A stretch of 64,000 bases of DNA from contig NC_042997.1 in the NCBI RefSeq assembly GCF_006345805.1, forward strand, positions 16,492,001-16,556,000, read 5' to 3'. Below the pieces are notes generated by a model. That model had not been told where the DNA came from, did no database searches, and saw only the letters and a program-made list of their open reading frames with translations. The position numbers were made by a program, and so were the translations under genes. This DNA is from Octopus sinensis (taxonomy: Eukaryota). Of the stretch, positions 38,960-49,519 are shown piece by piece. Numbering within the stretch: position 1 is the stretch's first letter; every line of letters begins with the position of its first letter.

Positions 38960-39259
38960 TGGCACGTAAGGGGCACCATTCAAGTGTGATCATTACCAGC
39001 GTCGCTCTACTGGCACCTGTGCTGGTGGCATGTGTAAAAAGATTCGAGTGAGGTCGTTGCCAGTACAGCTGGTGGCACTTTAAAGCACCCACTACACTCT
39101 TGGAGTGGTTGGCGTTAGGAAGGGCATCCAGCTGTAGAAACTCTGCCAGGTCAAGATTGGAGCCTGGTGCAGCCATCTGGTTTGCCAGCCCTCAGTCAAA
39201 ATCGTCCAACCCATGCTAGTATGGAAAGCGGACGTTAAATGATGATGATGATGATGATG
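38960..39259 (+). mobile_element. SINE-like family C
   Basis: Canonical 3' half and (GAT)n tail. Confidence 0.88.
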
Positions 39260-39890
39260 ATACACATCTATATTTGAGGTCAGTATGACAAATTGCAAGG
39301 CCTTGCTTGCATTTACAGGGGCATGAAGAAATTTTATTGTGTTGTTGAAATGTGGGCAGGGTGTGATCTATTTCCTTGATATGTGTAATGCTTATGTGTT
39401 TCTATTGTTGGTTAATCATATTACTATAAAAGAGCATTATCAAGGTTTCTGTTCAAAGAGATTGTGAAGGTCTCATGTTTAGGTTGTGTGAATGTTCTTA
39501 AGTGAAGCAATTACAAGTAAACATGGAATATTAGTAACTAAAATTAACCTTAAATACTGAACTGCCACACCTTTTAGTGGCTTTATTGTTACAAGATTAG
39601 CAATCTTATTGCATAGTGTTACAGTGACTTCTTGCTGTGAATACTTCAGGTATGAATGTATGAGCTATTTGTTTTTGTTTGTGCAGAGATATTTTATTTT
39701 TGTTTTTAGTATCTAATTTAATTTAATTCCTTAGTTCGAAGCCTTACTTGTGGGGGAGGGTCAACTTTACTGTTCCTCATTCTGAGGTTAATGACTTAAG
39801 TGCTTGACAAGTACTGGAGTTAACTTTATTTTTCATCTTTCTGTGGTTGACTTACCCAACTCCCCACAAACTTTGCTGGTCTTCTGCAAA

Positions 39891-39972
<82 letters not shown>
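39891..39972. repeat. Perfect 82-bp palindrome (AAT)13-AA/TT-(ATT)13
   Basis: Arms at 39891-39931 and 39932-39972 are exact reverse complements with no spacer. Confidence 0.93.
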
Positions 39973-39975
<3 letters not shown>

Positions 39976-40050
39976 ATAAAAAGGTGGTGAGCTGGCAAGA
40001 TTGTTAGCACATCGGGCAAAATGCTAAGCAGCATTTCGTCTGTCTTTACA

Positions 40051-40052
<2 letters not shown>

Positions 40053-40082
<30 letters not shown>

Positions 40083-40420
40083 TTAGCGTCCGCTTTCCAT
40101 GCTAGCATGGGTTGGACGGTTCAACAGGGGTCTGGGAAGCCAGAAGGCTGCACCAGGGCCAGTCTGATCTGGCAATGTTCCAACGGCTAGATGCCCTTCC
40201 TAACGCCAACCACTCCGTGAGTGTAGTGGGTGCTTTTTACGTGCCACCGGCACAGGTGCCAGACGAGGCTGGCAAACGGCCACGATCGGATGGTGCTTTT
40301 TACATGCCACCGGCACGGGGGCCAGGCGAGGCTGGCAATGGCCACGAACGGATGGTGCTTTTTACATGCCACCGACACGAGGCCAGTCAGGGCGGCGCTT
40401 GCAACGGCCACGTTCGGATG
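40053..40420 (-). mobile_element. SINE-like family C inserted into a family B copy (B head 39980-40052, remainder 40421-40545)
   Basis: The B head ggtggtgagctggcaag...tttacattc is interrupted by (CAT)n and resumes at ttcaaattcc...gactttgccttccatcc. Confidence 0.88.
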
Positions 40421-41056
40421 GTTGTATTCAAATTCCTTCAAGGTTGACTTTGCCTTCCATCCTTTTGGGGTTGATAAAATAATCACCAGCTATATAATTG
40501 GCTAGCCTTCTCGCCCAAAATTTCAGCTTTGTGCCTATAGTAAAAAGGATTATCATTATTATTATTATATCCTTTTAGGGTTGATAAAATAAATACCAGT
40601 TGAGTACTTAATCTCTTCTCCTGATAATGCTGGCCTTGTGCAAAAATTTGAAATCATTATATTTTTGAAATTTAAAGCCTGTTGAAATTGACATTGCCTT
40701 TTATACATCCTGGTTCAATAAACCGAAGTGCCCATGTAGCCTTGAAATTGATATACTAAACTTTTATATCAAGTACATAAAAAAAGATAATAAACTGGGT
40801 GAGTTGAAATTGAGGTATTCAGTTGAACTACTTTATTTCAGTTCATAGTTATTCAGTTCCATGTCAAATAAATACAGTATTGCAGTGTTATAGAGAATTC
40901 ATAATTGTGTTGTCATTGCAAGGAGGGATTCATTCCTTTGTAAGAGGAACTTAGTTGTAGTGTTCAGTAGAGAATATGGTACACTTGTGAAATAGAGGTT
41001 GCAACTCTTTATATTGTTTTTGAAGGAGGTTGGTTTATCTATGGCAGAATCTAAAG

Positions 41057-42342
41057 CAGTGGTTCTTAACCCGGAGGTCGTGACCTTTGGAGGAGCTGTT
41101 TGAGGTTTCAGGGGTAGGGTGAGGTGGAGGGGGTCGTGGAGGATTTGGGAGAAAAATAAGTTATTTCATGTATTTGAGGTCTTGCATTGTAACGTTCAAG
41201 TGTAAGATTCAACTCTACCAGAAAAGAGTTCAGGACGGTTATACAACTTTCTTCCCTCAGATGACAACTACCCTGGATTCTATGCCAGAAGCTGAATGCA
41301 GTTTCTGTGTAGAGATCTCTGCTCATCTTTTGGCATTGACATCATCGACAGTTACTTCCCAGAATTGGATGATTGCTGTACTGATGTGTAGATCTGCAGA
41401 CTCTTTTCAGTGAAGGACAGTGCCATCAATGATACTGATGTTGCTGCAAAGATAGAATTTCTTAAAATTCATGAGGATACTCAGTTGAAAGTTGATTTTT
41501 CTGAACAAGAGATTCTGACATTTTGGGCGAAACTGAAGGATGACTATCTTCTTCTTTTGATGTGTGCACTGACCATGCTGATTCAGTCCCCCTCGACCTA
41601 TCAGTGTGAGGTTGGATTCTCAGCAATTCGAGCAGGATTGATGCCAGCGTTGCCTTACTGCAACTTGTGCCGGTGGCATGTGAAAAAGCATTTGAGTGAG
41701 GTTTTTGCCAGTGCCACTGGACTGGCTCCTGTGCAGGTAGCATATAAAAAACACCATTTGAGCATATCTGTTGCCAGTACCACCTGACTGGCCCTTGTGC
41801 CGGTGGCACATAAAAGCACCCACTACACTCTCGGAGTGGTTGGTGTTAGGAAGGGCATCCAGCTGTAGTAACTCTGCTGGATCAGATTAGAGCCCGGTGC
41901 AGCTATCTGGTTCGCCAGTCCTCGGTCAAATCGTCCAACCCATGTTAGCATGGAAAGCAGATGTTAAACGATGATGATGATGATGATGAAGACACACAGT
42001 AGGTTTGTGATTGATACCGACATGAGGTGTTGTCTGTTGAGCACTGCTCCTCACTTTGATTGTACTTATAGCTGCAAAACTATATCAACCCTTCCACTAA
42101 GTGAATAAGTAGGTTTTGTATGGTATTCAGTAGTTCCATGCATTTTCTTTTAGCACTTTTAGTATTTTTCAAGGTTTTTTTTTATTTGTAACATTTTCAA
42201 TAGATTACAATCTTCATATGGTCTTTTTTTTTATCCTACCTTTAATGCAAAGTTCACCATTACAAAATTTATTATAGAGGTCACAGTAATACACTGGAGA
42301 GTCTCAGGGAGTATGACAATGAAGAATGGTTAAAAACCATTG
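41057..42342 (+). mobile_element. hAT (Buster/Charlie-type) DNA transposon, internally deleted, with both TIRs
   Basis: TIRs cagtggttcttaacc (41057) and ggttaaaaaccattg (42328-42342). 8-bp TSD atctaaag/acctaaag (7/8, central TA). The dimerisation-domain remnant ILTFWAKLKDDY...PSTYQCEVGFSA (about 41410-41630) continues after the SINE as DTDMRCCL and YQPFH*. Confidence 0.9.
41640..41989 (+). mobile_element. SINE-like family C nested in the hAT transposase remnant
   Basis: It splits the hAT C-terminal coding remnant; three tandem units and a (GAT)n tail. Confidence 0.88.
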
Positions 42343-42440
42343 ACCTAAAGAAATAATGACTTGTTAATCACCAAAAATGTCTATGTGCAATGAGCAGACA
42401 TGGTCAAGAAAAACTTAACTTAAACCTATCCAATAAGTGA

Positions 42441-42770
42441 AGGTATAGTTGTGAGGTTAAGAAACTCTCTTTGCAACCATGGAGTTTTGGGTTCAGTCCA
42501 CTGTGTGGACAAATGTCTTGTATTATAGCCTATGTCAACCTTGTGAGTGAATTTGGTAGATGGAAACTGTGTGGAAGCCCATTGTGTGTGTGTGTTTCTG
42601 TGTATGTGTTCATCTCCACCACACCACTTGACAACCAATTTCGGTTTGTTTCTGTCCCTATAATTTAGCAGTTTGGCAAAAATAAGTACTGGGGTTGATT
42701 TTTTTCAACTAAACACTTCACTGTGATGTCCCAGCATGGCTGCAGTCCAATGACTGAGACAGATAAATGA
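42441..42770 (+). mobile_element. SINE family A, old
   Basis: Degraded head, body and tail. Confidence 0.68.
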
Positions 42771-45510
42771 GAAAACAATTCAGTGACTTAAATCTAAATA
42801 TCTAAAACATAGTAACCTCAAAACAGTAATTTTTCTTAAGATAATATTTAGCATCAATGCAAAAAAAAAGTTCTGTTGAAGTCAACTGTGTTGTTCATCC
42901 TTTAAAGGTCGCAAAACTCAGTATCAGTTGAGCACAATGTAATTAACTTACTCCTCCCCTGAAATTGCTGGCCTTGTGCCAAAATTTGAAACCAATATTA
43001 TGTGAAGATCATAATTCCAACCATCCACCATGTATTCTTAGAAATCTAGATTCTCAACCATGATGAGGCTTCATTCTGTTGAGTAATGAAATTTCGTGAA
43101 TGGGAACTGTACAGAAGCCTGTCTTCAGTGTGTGTGTGCGTGTGCATGCGCGAGTGCGTGTGTGCGTGTTCATACACCATTTGAGCAATGGTGATGTTTG
43201 TTTATGTCTCCTGTACATAGTATGTTCTGTAGTTGTTAGTTTTGTTAGTTTCACTATGTGAAAACTAGTGGAATAGAAAAAAAAAAAGATCCTGTCTGAA
43301 CATCAGCAAAAATTGGCCTTAAGAATGGCATCTGGCCCTAGAATACTACCTCAATTAGTCTCATCCAGATCATTCCATTATGGAAAAAGCAGATAGAAAA
43401 AAAAACTGATGATGATGATGCATGCAGGAACATCTATGGGTTTTTTAAAGGAAATTACTGAATATCACAAACCCACCCAACTTATGTAAAAGAAAGGTTA
43501 CATCGACTACATTCAATTAATCAGTATCATAAATAGAATTAATACTTCATTTTGTAAATTTTCACTTTCCTCTTGGATAGAAACAGAAAAAATTTTCCCA
43601 ATAAATAAGCTACATAACATTAACAAACTTCACTGACATACCACTGGTTAAAATAATAATAATAATACATAATAAAATAAAATATAATAGTAATTCAAAT
43701 TACCAGAATCCAAAGAGCATTAACACATCAAAATGGAATTGCTATTTACAAAGCATATGTCCTGTCAATTGTTATTGTCTAGAAAAGTCCATTGTTTATG
43801 CAGCCATTATCACATCTAACATTAATCAGAATGCTTTAGATTACACCAGGCTTACAACAAACCAATTTAAGATTAGATATTATCTACATAATTTTGCCTT
43901 TGGGACATTACACAAAGGATTTGACATTTGTTTAGGAATACAATTAACTTTTCTTTAAAATAATAATTCAATCCACAATATTAGGTAATGCCTTTTGGAC
44001 AAAGCCATACCTTATACAGAATTCAACTCATTCTGTAGTTCATGTAGTTTTAAATTATTTTAAAAACATTACAAATATGTTAAATAAGCATTTTGAGATA
44101 ATTTTATGCCTGCATAGAAAAAAAATCCCATTTTAGATACCAATTTGGCATTACACCAACTGTATTCAGAAATCCCAGTACAACAAGATTTCTTTTTAAA
44201 AACTATTTTATGTCTTAAATAAAATAATATTGTTAAAACCCTCTTTTTAAAAATAAGTCTTCTGTCTCTTTTTTTCTTCTGAATAATAAATACAAAATTA
44301 CATATGAAATAGGTTTACTTTTCTCCTTATGGTTTGTTTATTTGTTTACATGAAAGTACATCAAATACTTTTCTAAAGACACTACACTAATCATTATCAA
44401 AATATTAAATCACATAATCACCCACCCCATCTCATCAATTTATATGTTGTATGATATGTAATATAATGAAAGAAAACCAAATATAAAACTAACACCAAAC
44501 TGTAAGGAAATGGTAAAGTCAGTTACATTTACTTCTGTATATTGCTGGTACTTATTTTATCAATCTTAGTTGGAATGTAAAGTCTGGTAGGATTTGAACT
44601 TAGAGCATATAAAGGGAGCATAACAGATTAGCAGAACATAAAGTAATATAATGTAATGGGATGATATCATCATCATCATCATCATCACCATTACCATTAC
44701 TGTCCCAGTCAATAATATCAAATACGTTGAATACATAGACAAATTCTTTGCTTCTATTTTCGCCTAGATTATGACATCAAAGCTAATATCTGTGACATTT
44801 GATTCCTGCATTTCTAATTAACATTTAACACATTATTAATTCACCTAAGGCATATTAAACAGGCAATTTTAAGACATATTAAAGAGACAATTTTATTTAG
44901 ATTTTCTTATGTATTTTTTTATCCATTTCTCTTACACATCAATCCATATCATAGCTTATGTACATGGATCTGGAAATTTAGCTTATGTTGAATAAAAAAA
45001 ATAAATAAAAAGAAAAAGAAAAAGTCTGCAAGAAATATTAGTCAGCCTTGTATTTCCTTTTAACAGAGTAGGCACCTTTTAATTTAGCTTTTCCTCGCCT
45101 TTCCACTCTGCTTCACTTCTTCTCTCATATGCTTGTACTCTGTACTTTTAATCTTATCCTGACCTAGTTCACTTTTCTCCAAGAAAGCTTTTAATGATAT
45201 CCTTCCATTGGGGAAGGTGAGGGGGGAGAGGGTGGTTTCTTTGTCTTTATCTCAGAACAAGTTCTATCCTATTGTTGGATGTTTCTTTCAATAATACCAA
45301 TATGTGTGTGTGTATGCATGCATCTGTTCATGTGTGTGTATGTATCACATACATACATACATATATGCATATATATATTCATACACACACACAAAGTTGA
45401 AAATGTATTTTTGTAAGAGCAAAGTTAACTACAATCGATCAAATTTACACAATACATGGAGAGTAGAATTCATATATGAGTAATAATAATAATAATAATA
45501 ATAATAATAT

Positions 45511-45832
45511 AATATTATTAATATGATGGGTGTTATGTCTGTTTGTTTGTCTGTTCTTTCTTCATAGTTAAATGGCTGGACCAATGGTCACAATGTTTTT
45601 CAGGATTACAAAGGAGGTAATCAGAAAGAATTTTAGTGACAAAAATGTGAAAAAGCATGATTATTTAGTGGATAATGAGTTTTGTATTAATAAATCACCT
45701 TTGATTTTTTTTGTTAAAATTCTGGCAACAAGGATTAACTCTTGATTTCCCCCTGTATAGTTGGTGAATTTAGAGGGTTTAGATTTGAGATACTATCCCT
45801 TTATTTCACATTGTAGATGGGCAGATTTGCTA
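45511..45832 (+). mobile_element. Short non-autonomous Helitron-like unit (copy 1 of a tandem pair)
   Basis: Shares the 5' module (ccaatggt(c/t)ac..t.tttttcaggattacaaag) and the 23-nt 3' terminal motif with the next unit. Confidence 0.6.
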
Positions 45833-46993
45833 TCTTACTATCTTACTATAATGGGCACTATGTCCATCTGTCTGTCCGTCTCTTTGTCTGTTCCCTCTTT
45901 GCGGCCAGACAAACCAATGGTTACGATATTTTTCAGGATTACAAAGATGGTTGTTTGGATGGTTTTTAGCATTAAAAGATCAGTATAATTATTTTGTGGA
46001 TATTGACTTTGAATTGATAAACCACCTTTGCATTTTTATTAAAAAATTCACTGACCATGAGTAACTCTGGATTTTCATCATATAGTTTGTGGCCCCATCA
46101 TAGATACAAAGCGGGGTTGCGAGGATGGTTAAAAGCGGAAATAAAATGGAAAAAGTATGTCAGTATATAGTGGATGTGATTATTTAGTGGTTATTGAAGT
46201 GTGTCAGTCTTGAACAGGATTAGAAATGGCTAATTGACATGGCTGTTGTTTACATCTCAGTTTTGTCAATCAAAATAACCCATGGTACCAGAACATCCAG
46301 ACATTATTCACATAGAACAGTGAGAGGTAACGTCTTAGTTTGTGTTTTTGTAACCCTAAAGATTCCACTCATGCATTCACAGCAAACAAAACACAGGGCC
46401 AAACTTTAGATCATGTAGGTGTATTTTTACCCACTCTGATGTTTACACACAGCCAGTTATATGTCACTATGAGTAGAGCAATGAACTCCAGTAATTTGAA
46501 AATTGATGTTGACTAAACAGAAAGTATAATCTACAAAGAAGTTTTGCAATCATATTGATATTATTGAAAGGAATATGATTCATAATTTAAATAAGGAAAT
46601 GTGTGAACTTTGAATGTATAAGAGTATAAACAAGCGTAAAATAGTGTAAACAACTAAAATAAAAGTATATCTAAATAACATTTTTTTCTTAATACTTTTT
46701 ATGTAGTGGTCGAAGGAAGCTCTGGCTTTCTTTAGGAGTGATCCACATAACCATTCATGATACTGCGACTGGGAGCCTATTTCAGTTCGGGAGTGAATCA
46801 TTATCATATGTCACTTAGTTGCCAACACATCATATGGCTGCAATAGAATATTGTATCAGCAACAATAATATGATTTCTCAAAGACATCACCCAGTAATCT
46901 ATCAAGTCCATTTACACATTTCTCAATACATACTATTGTTATGGCTTCTCTCCCTCATTTTATTCCTCTATTGTAGATGGGTAGATTTGCTAG
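45833..46993 (+). mobile_element. Internally deleted Helitron with PIF1-like helicase C-terminus
   Basis: Frame 46370-46558 reads HAFTANKTQGQTLDHVGVFLPTLMFTHSQLYVTMSRA...*TESIIYKEVLQSY*, matching helicase motifs V/VI (TINKSQGQT, HGQLYVALSR) and the NIVYKEV end. The element starts TC and ends CTAG (46990-46993) followed by T. Confidence 0.85.
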
Positions 46994-47650
46994 TAGTAAT
47001 AGTAGTAATAATAATAATAATAATAATAATACCAATAGCAACAACAATAGTAATAATAAAATGTAATAAAAATAATTGTAAATGCATTTAGATATGAATA
47101 GGAAAAAATATATATAGTAATAACGGTACCATCATCAGTCACAAACACCAATTATAGCCAAATATTGCAGGGGACAAGAAAGAAAGCAAATCTTCAAATA
47201 ATTTTTTTAAATTAAAATTATATGAAGTAGTATTTCTCCTATAAACATCATTAATTTACTTATTAACTCATTTCCATCATATTCGGTTTGTCGTTTTCTG
47301 GAAGGAAATTAATATTTTGAATGTGTTCAAATGAAGTCCATCAATTCTGATTTTTTTGTGTTGTTGTTGTTGTTGTTAGTGGTGGTATTGCTTTTGTTTT
47401 TCATTGTTTTTTTTTTCGTTCTACAGTATTACTCAAATATTAGTAGTTTATTGGTATAATAAAGTCGAATTGTGTGGGACTGATCGGTTGAAGTGGATTA
47501 AATCAGTTCCCTAGAATATATATTAATACTGACTTGATCTTTTAAAGATAAGTGTAAAATCATCTCTGACAAGATTTGGACTTGGTAGGTTTAGGTTAGA
47601 CAGCTTTCTTTATTGGTTAACAGAAACTATATAGAAGCTGTTGTCACGTG

Positions 47651-47712
<62 letters not shown>

Positions 47713-47844
47713 CACACATGTACATCCACATTAATACATATATGTATGTATAGATGTGTGCATATGTTTGTATGTATATATATATGTGTGTGTATATATG
47801 TATGTGTATATCTATCTATCTATATGTGTGTGTGTAGGTATATA

Positions 47845-48000
47845 GGTGGTGTGGTAAGAAACTTGCTTCCCAAATACATGGCTCTGGGTTCAGTTCCACT
47901 GCATGGTACCTTGGGCAAGTGTCTTCTGCTATTCCCTTGGGCTGACCAAAGCCTTGTGAGTGAAGTTGCTAGATGGAAGCTGAAAGCAGCCCGTCATATA
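47845..48000 (+). mobile_element. SINE family A head within a large microsatellite field (47640-48330)
   Basis: ggtgtggtaagaaacttgcttccc...ggcaagtgtcttctgcta. Confidence 0.75.
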
Positions 48001-48056
48001 CATGTGTGTGTGTGTATATATATATATATTTGTGTATATGTGTATATATATATGTC

Positions 48057-48089
<33 letters not shown>

Positions 48090-48116
48090 GTATATATATT
48101 TTTGTGTGTGTGTATG

Positions 48117-48167
<51 letters not shown>

Positions 48168-48301
48168 TTTATTTAAAGCAGCAGAAAATTCAACAAAACC
48201 TGTTACTCTGAGTTTCCCATTGCTGTTCATCGGACAGTTTTTGCTAGAATATATAATATATGCATTTATATATATATAATATACATACATATGCATATAT
48301 A

Positions 48302-48332
<31 letters not shown>

Positions 48333-48630
48333 GGAGGCGCAATGGCCTAGTGGTTAGGGCAGCGGACTCACGGTTGTAGGATCACGGTTTCGATTCCCAG
48401 ACCGGGCGTTGTGAGGGTTTATTGAGCGAAAACACCTAAAAAGCTCCACGAGGCTCTGGCAGGGGGTGGTGATCCCTGCTGTTCTCTTTCACCACACTTT
48501 CTCCCACTCTTCCTTCTGTTGGCCTGCTCGCTTAGCCAGCGTGGTGGCGTCATTCGAAGGCTAAAACAATGCGAATGCATTGTGACCAGCGATGTGTAAC
48601 AACATCTGATGGTCTGGTCGGTCACGTGAT

Positions 48631-48637
<7 letters not shown>
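48333..48637 (+). mobile_element. tRNA-derived SINE family D, full length, inserted in (TA)n
   Basis: A box TGGCCTAGTGG, B box GGTTTCGATTCCC; ends tcacgtgatcacgtga. A second copy lies at 56622. Confidence 0.9.
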
Positions 48638-48669
<32 letters not shown>

Positions 48670-48935
48670 ATATTAATTGTTATCGCCAAGCTGACATGGC
48701 AGTCCAGAAAATTAGGACGAATGCTGCCGTTGATTAGCTCCAAGAGGCCATCATCTCTAACTAGCTATGTGACGCAGAAACCTGTGTCCATTATAACCTT
48801 CGAACTGGGGAGGTCAGCAACTTCCCCTTGTGGTCTGGCATCCACAGACTAGTTTCGAGGTAGTTGCCTCTTATCAATGTGGAGTAGCGGAACCCAGCAG
48901 GTGTGGCTGCTGACCGACTGTTTGAAGGATTATTT
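48670..48935 (-). mobile_element. Probable Penelope-like element pseudo-LTR fragment carrying a hammerhead
   Basis: A GC-richer block containing a minimal type-I hammerhead, the arrangement established for Penelope-like elements. No PLE coding sequence was seen. Confidence 0.55.
48841..48883 (-). ncRNA. Minimal type-I hammerhead ribozyme motif (U3-A8 core variant)
   Basis: The minus strand reads UCCACA UUGAUAA GAGG CAACUA CCUC GAA ACUAGU C UGUGGA. Stem I is 6/6 bp, stem II is 4/4 bp with G10.1-C11.1, the GAAA is intact, stem III is palindromic, and there is a GUC cleavage triplet. Confidence 0.8.
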
Positions 48936-49282
48936 ACCTAAATTCAGTGAAATACATCCACTGGTTTTCAAAAATAGAAATATCATTATTTCTAATTCTC
49001 TCTAAAGGAGACTAAAATGCACCCACTACACTTTCAGAGTCATTGGCATAAGGAAGGGTATCCAGCTGTAGAAACATTGCCAGATCGGATCGGAGCCTGG
49101 TGTGGCCCCCTGGCTTGCCAGTCCCCAGTGAAATCGTCCAACCCATGTCAGCCTGGAAAATGGATGTTAAACAATGCTGCTGATATATGTATGAATGTAT
49201 ATATACATATGTGTGTGTGTATATGTGCATATAGGTGTGTGTGTATATAATTATATGTATATATATATATATATATACATAT

Positions 49283-49325
49283 TGGTGATTGGACTAAAAC
49301 TTATGTGCGTATATGTGTGTGTATG

Positions 49326-49372
<47 letters not shown>

Positions 49373-49398
49373 GCACACAAGTTTTAGTCCAATCACCA
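49283..49398. repeat. Fold-back inverted repeat with 40-bp arms around a microsatellite
   Basis: tggtgattggactaaaactt(a/g)tgtgcgtatatgtgtgtgt (49283-49322) matches the reverse complement of 49359-49398 with one mismatch. Confidence 0.92.
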
Positions 49399-49519
49399 GT
49401 TCACTGCATTTCTGATTGAATGGATGACAAGGGAGTATTTGTAACCCGGTGCAAGACTTGTAACCAATGAAGCTCTTCTTCATGAATTGTGGTATATAAC
49501 ACCTCCCTTCTTATATCAG

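Noticed and set aside
46700-46850. Minus-strand terminal exon candidate (PYDVLATK*) and a 75-aa ORF
   Set aside because: They lie inside the Helitron boundaries and have no independent support.
48333-48405. Possible tRNA gene (also the heads of families A, B and E)
   Set aside because: It has A and B boxes but no complete cloverleaf or acceptor stem, and it continues into a SINE body.
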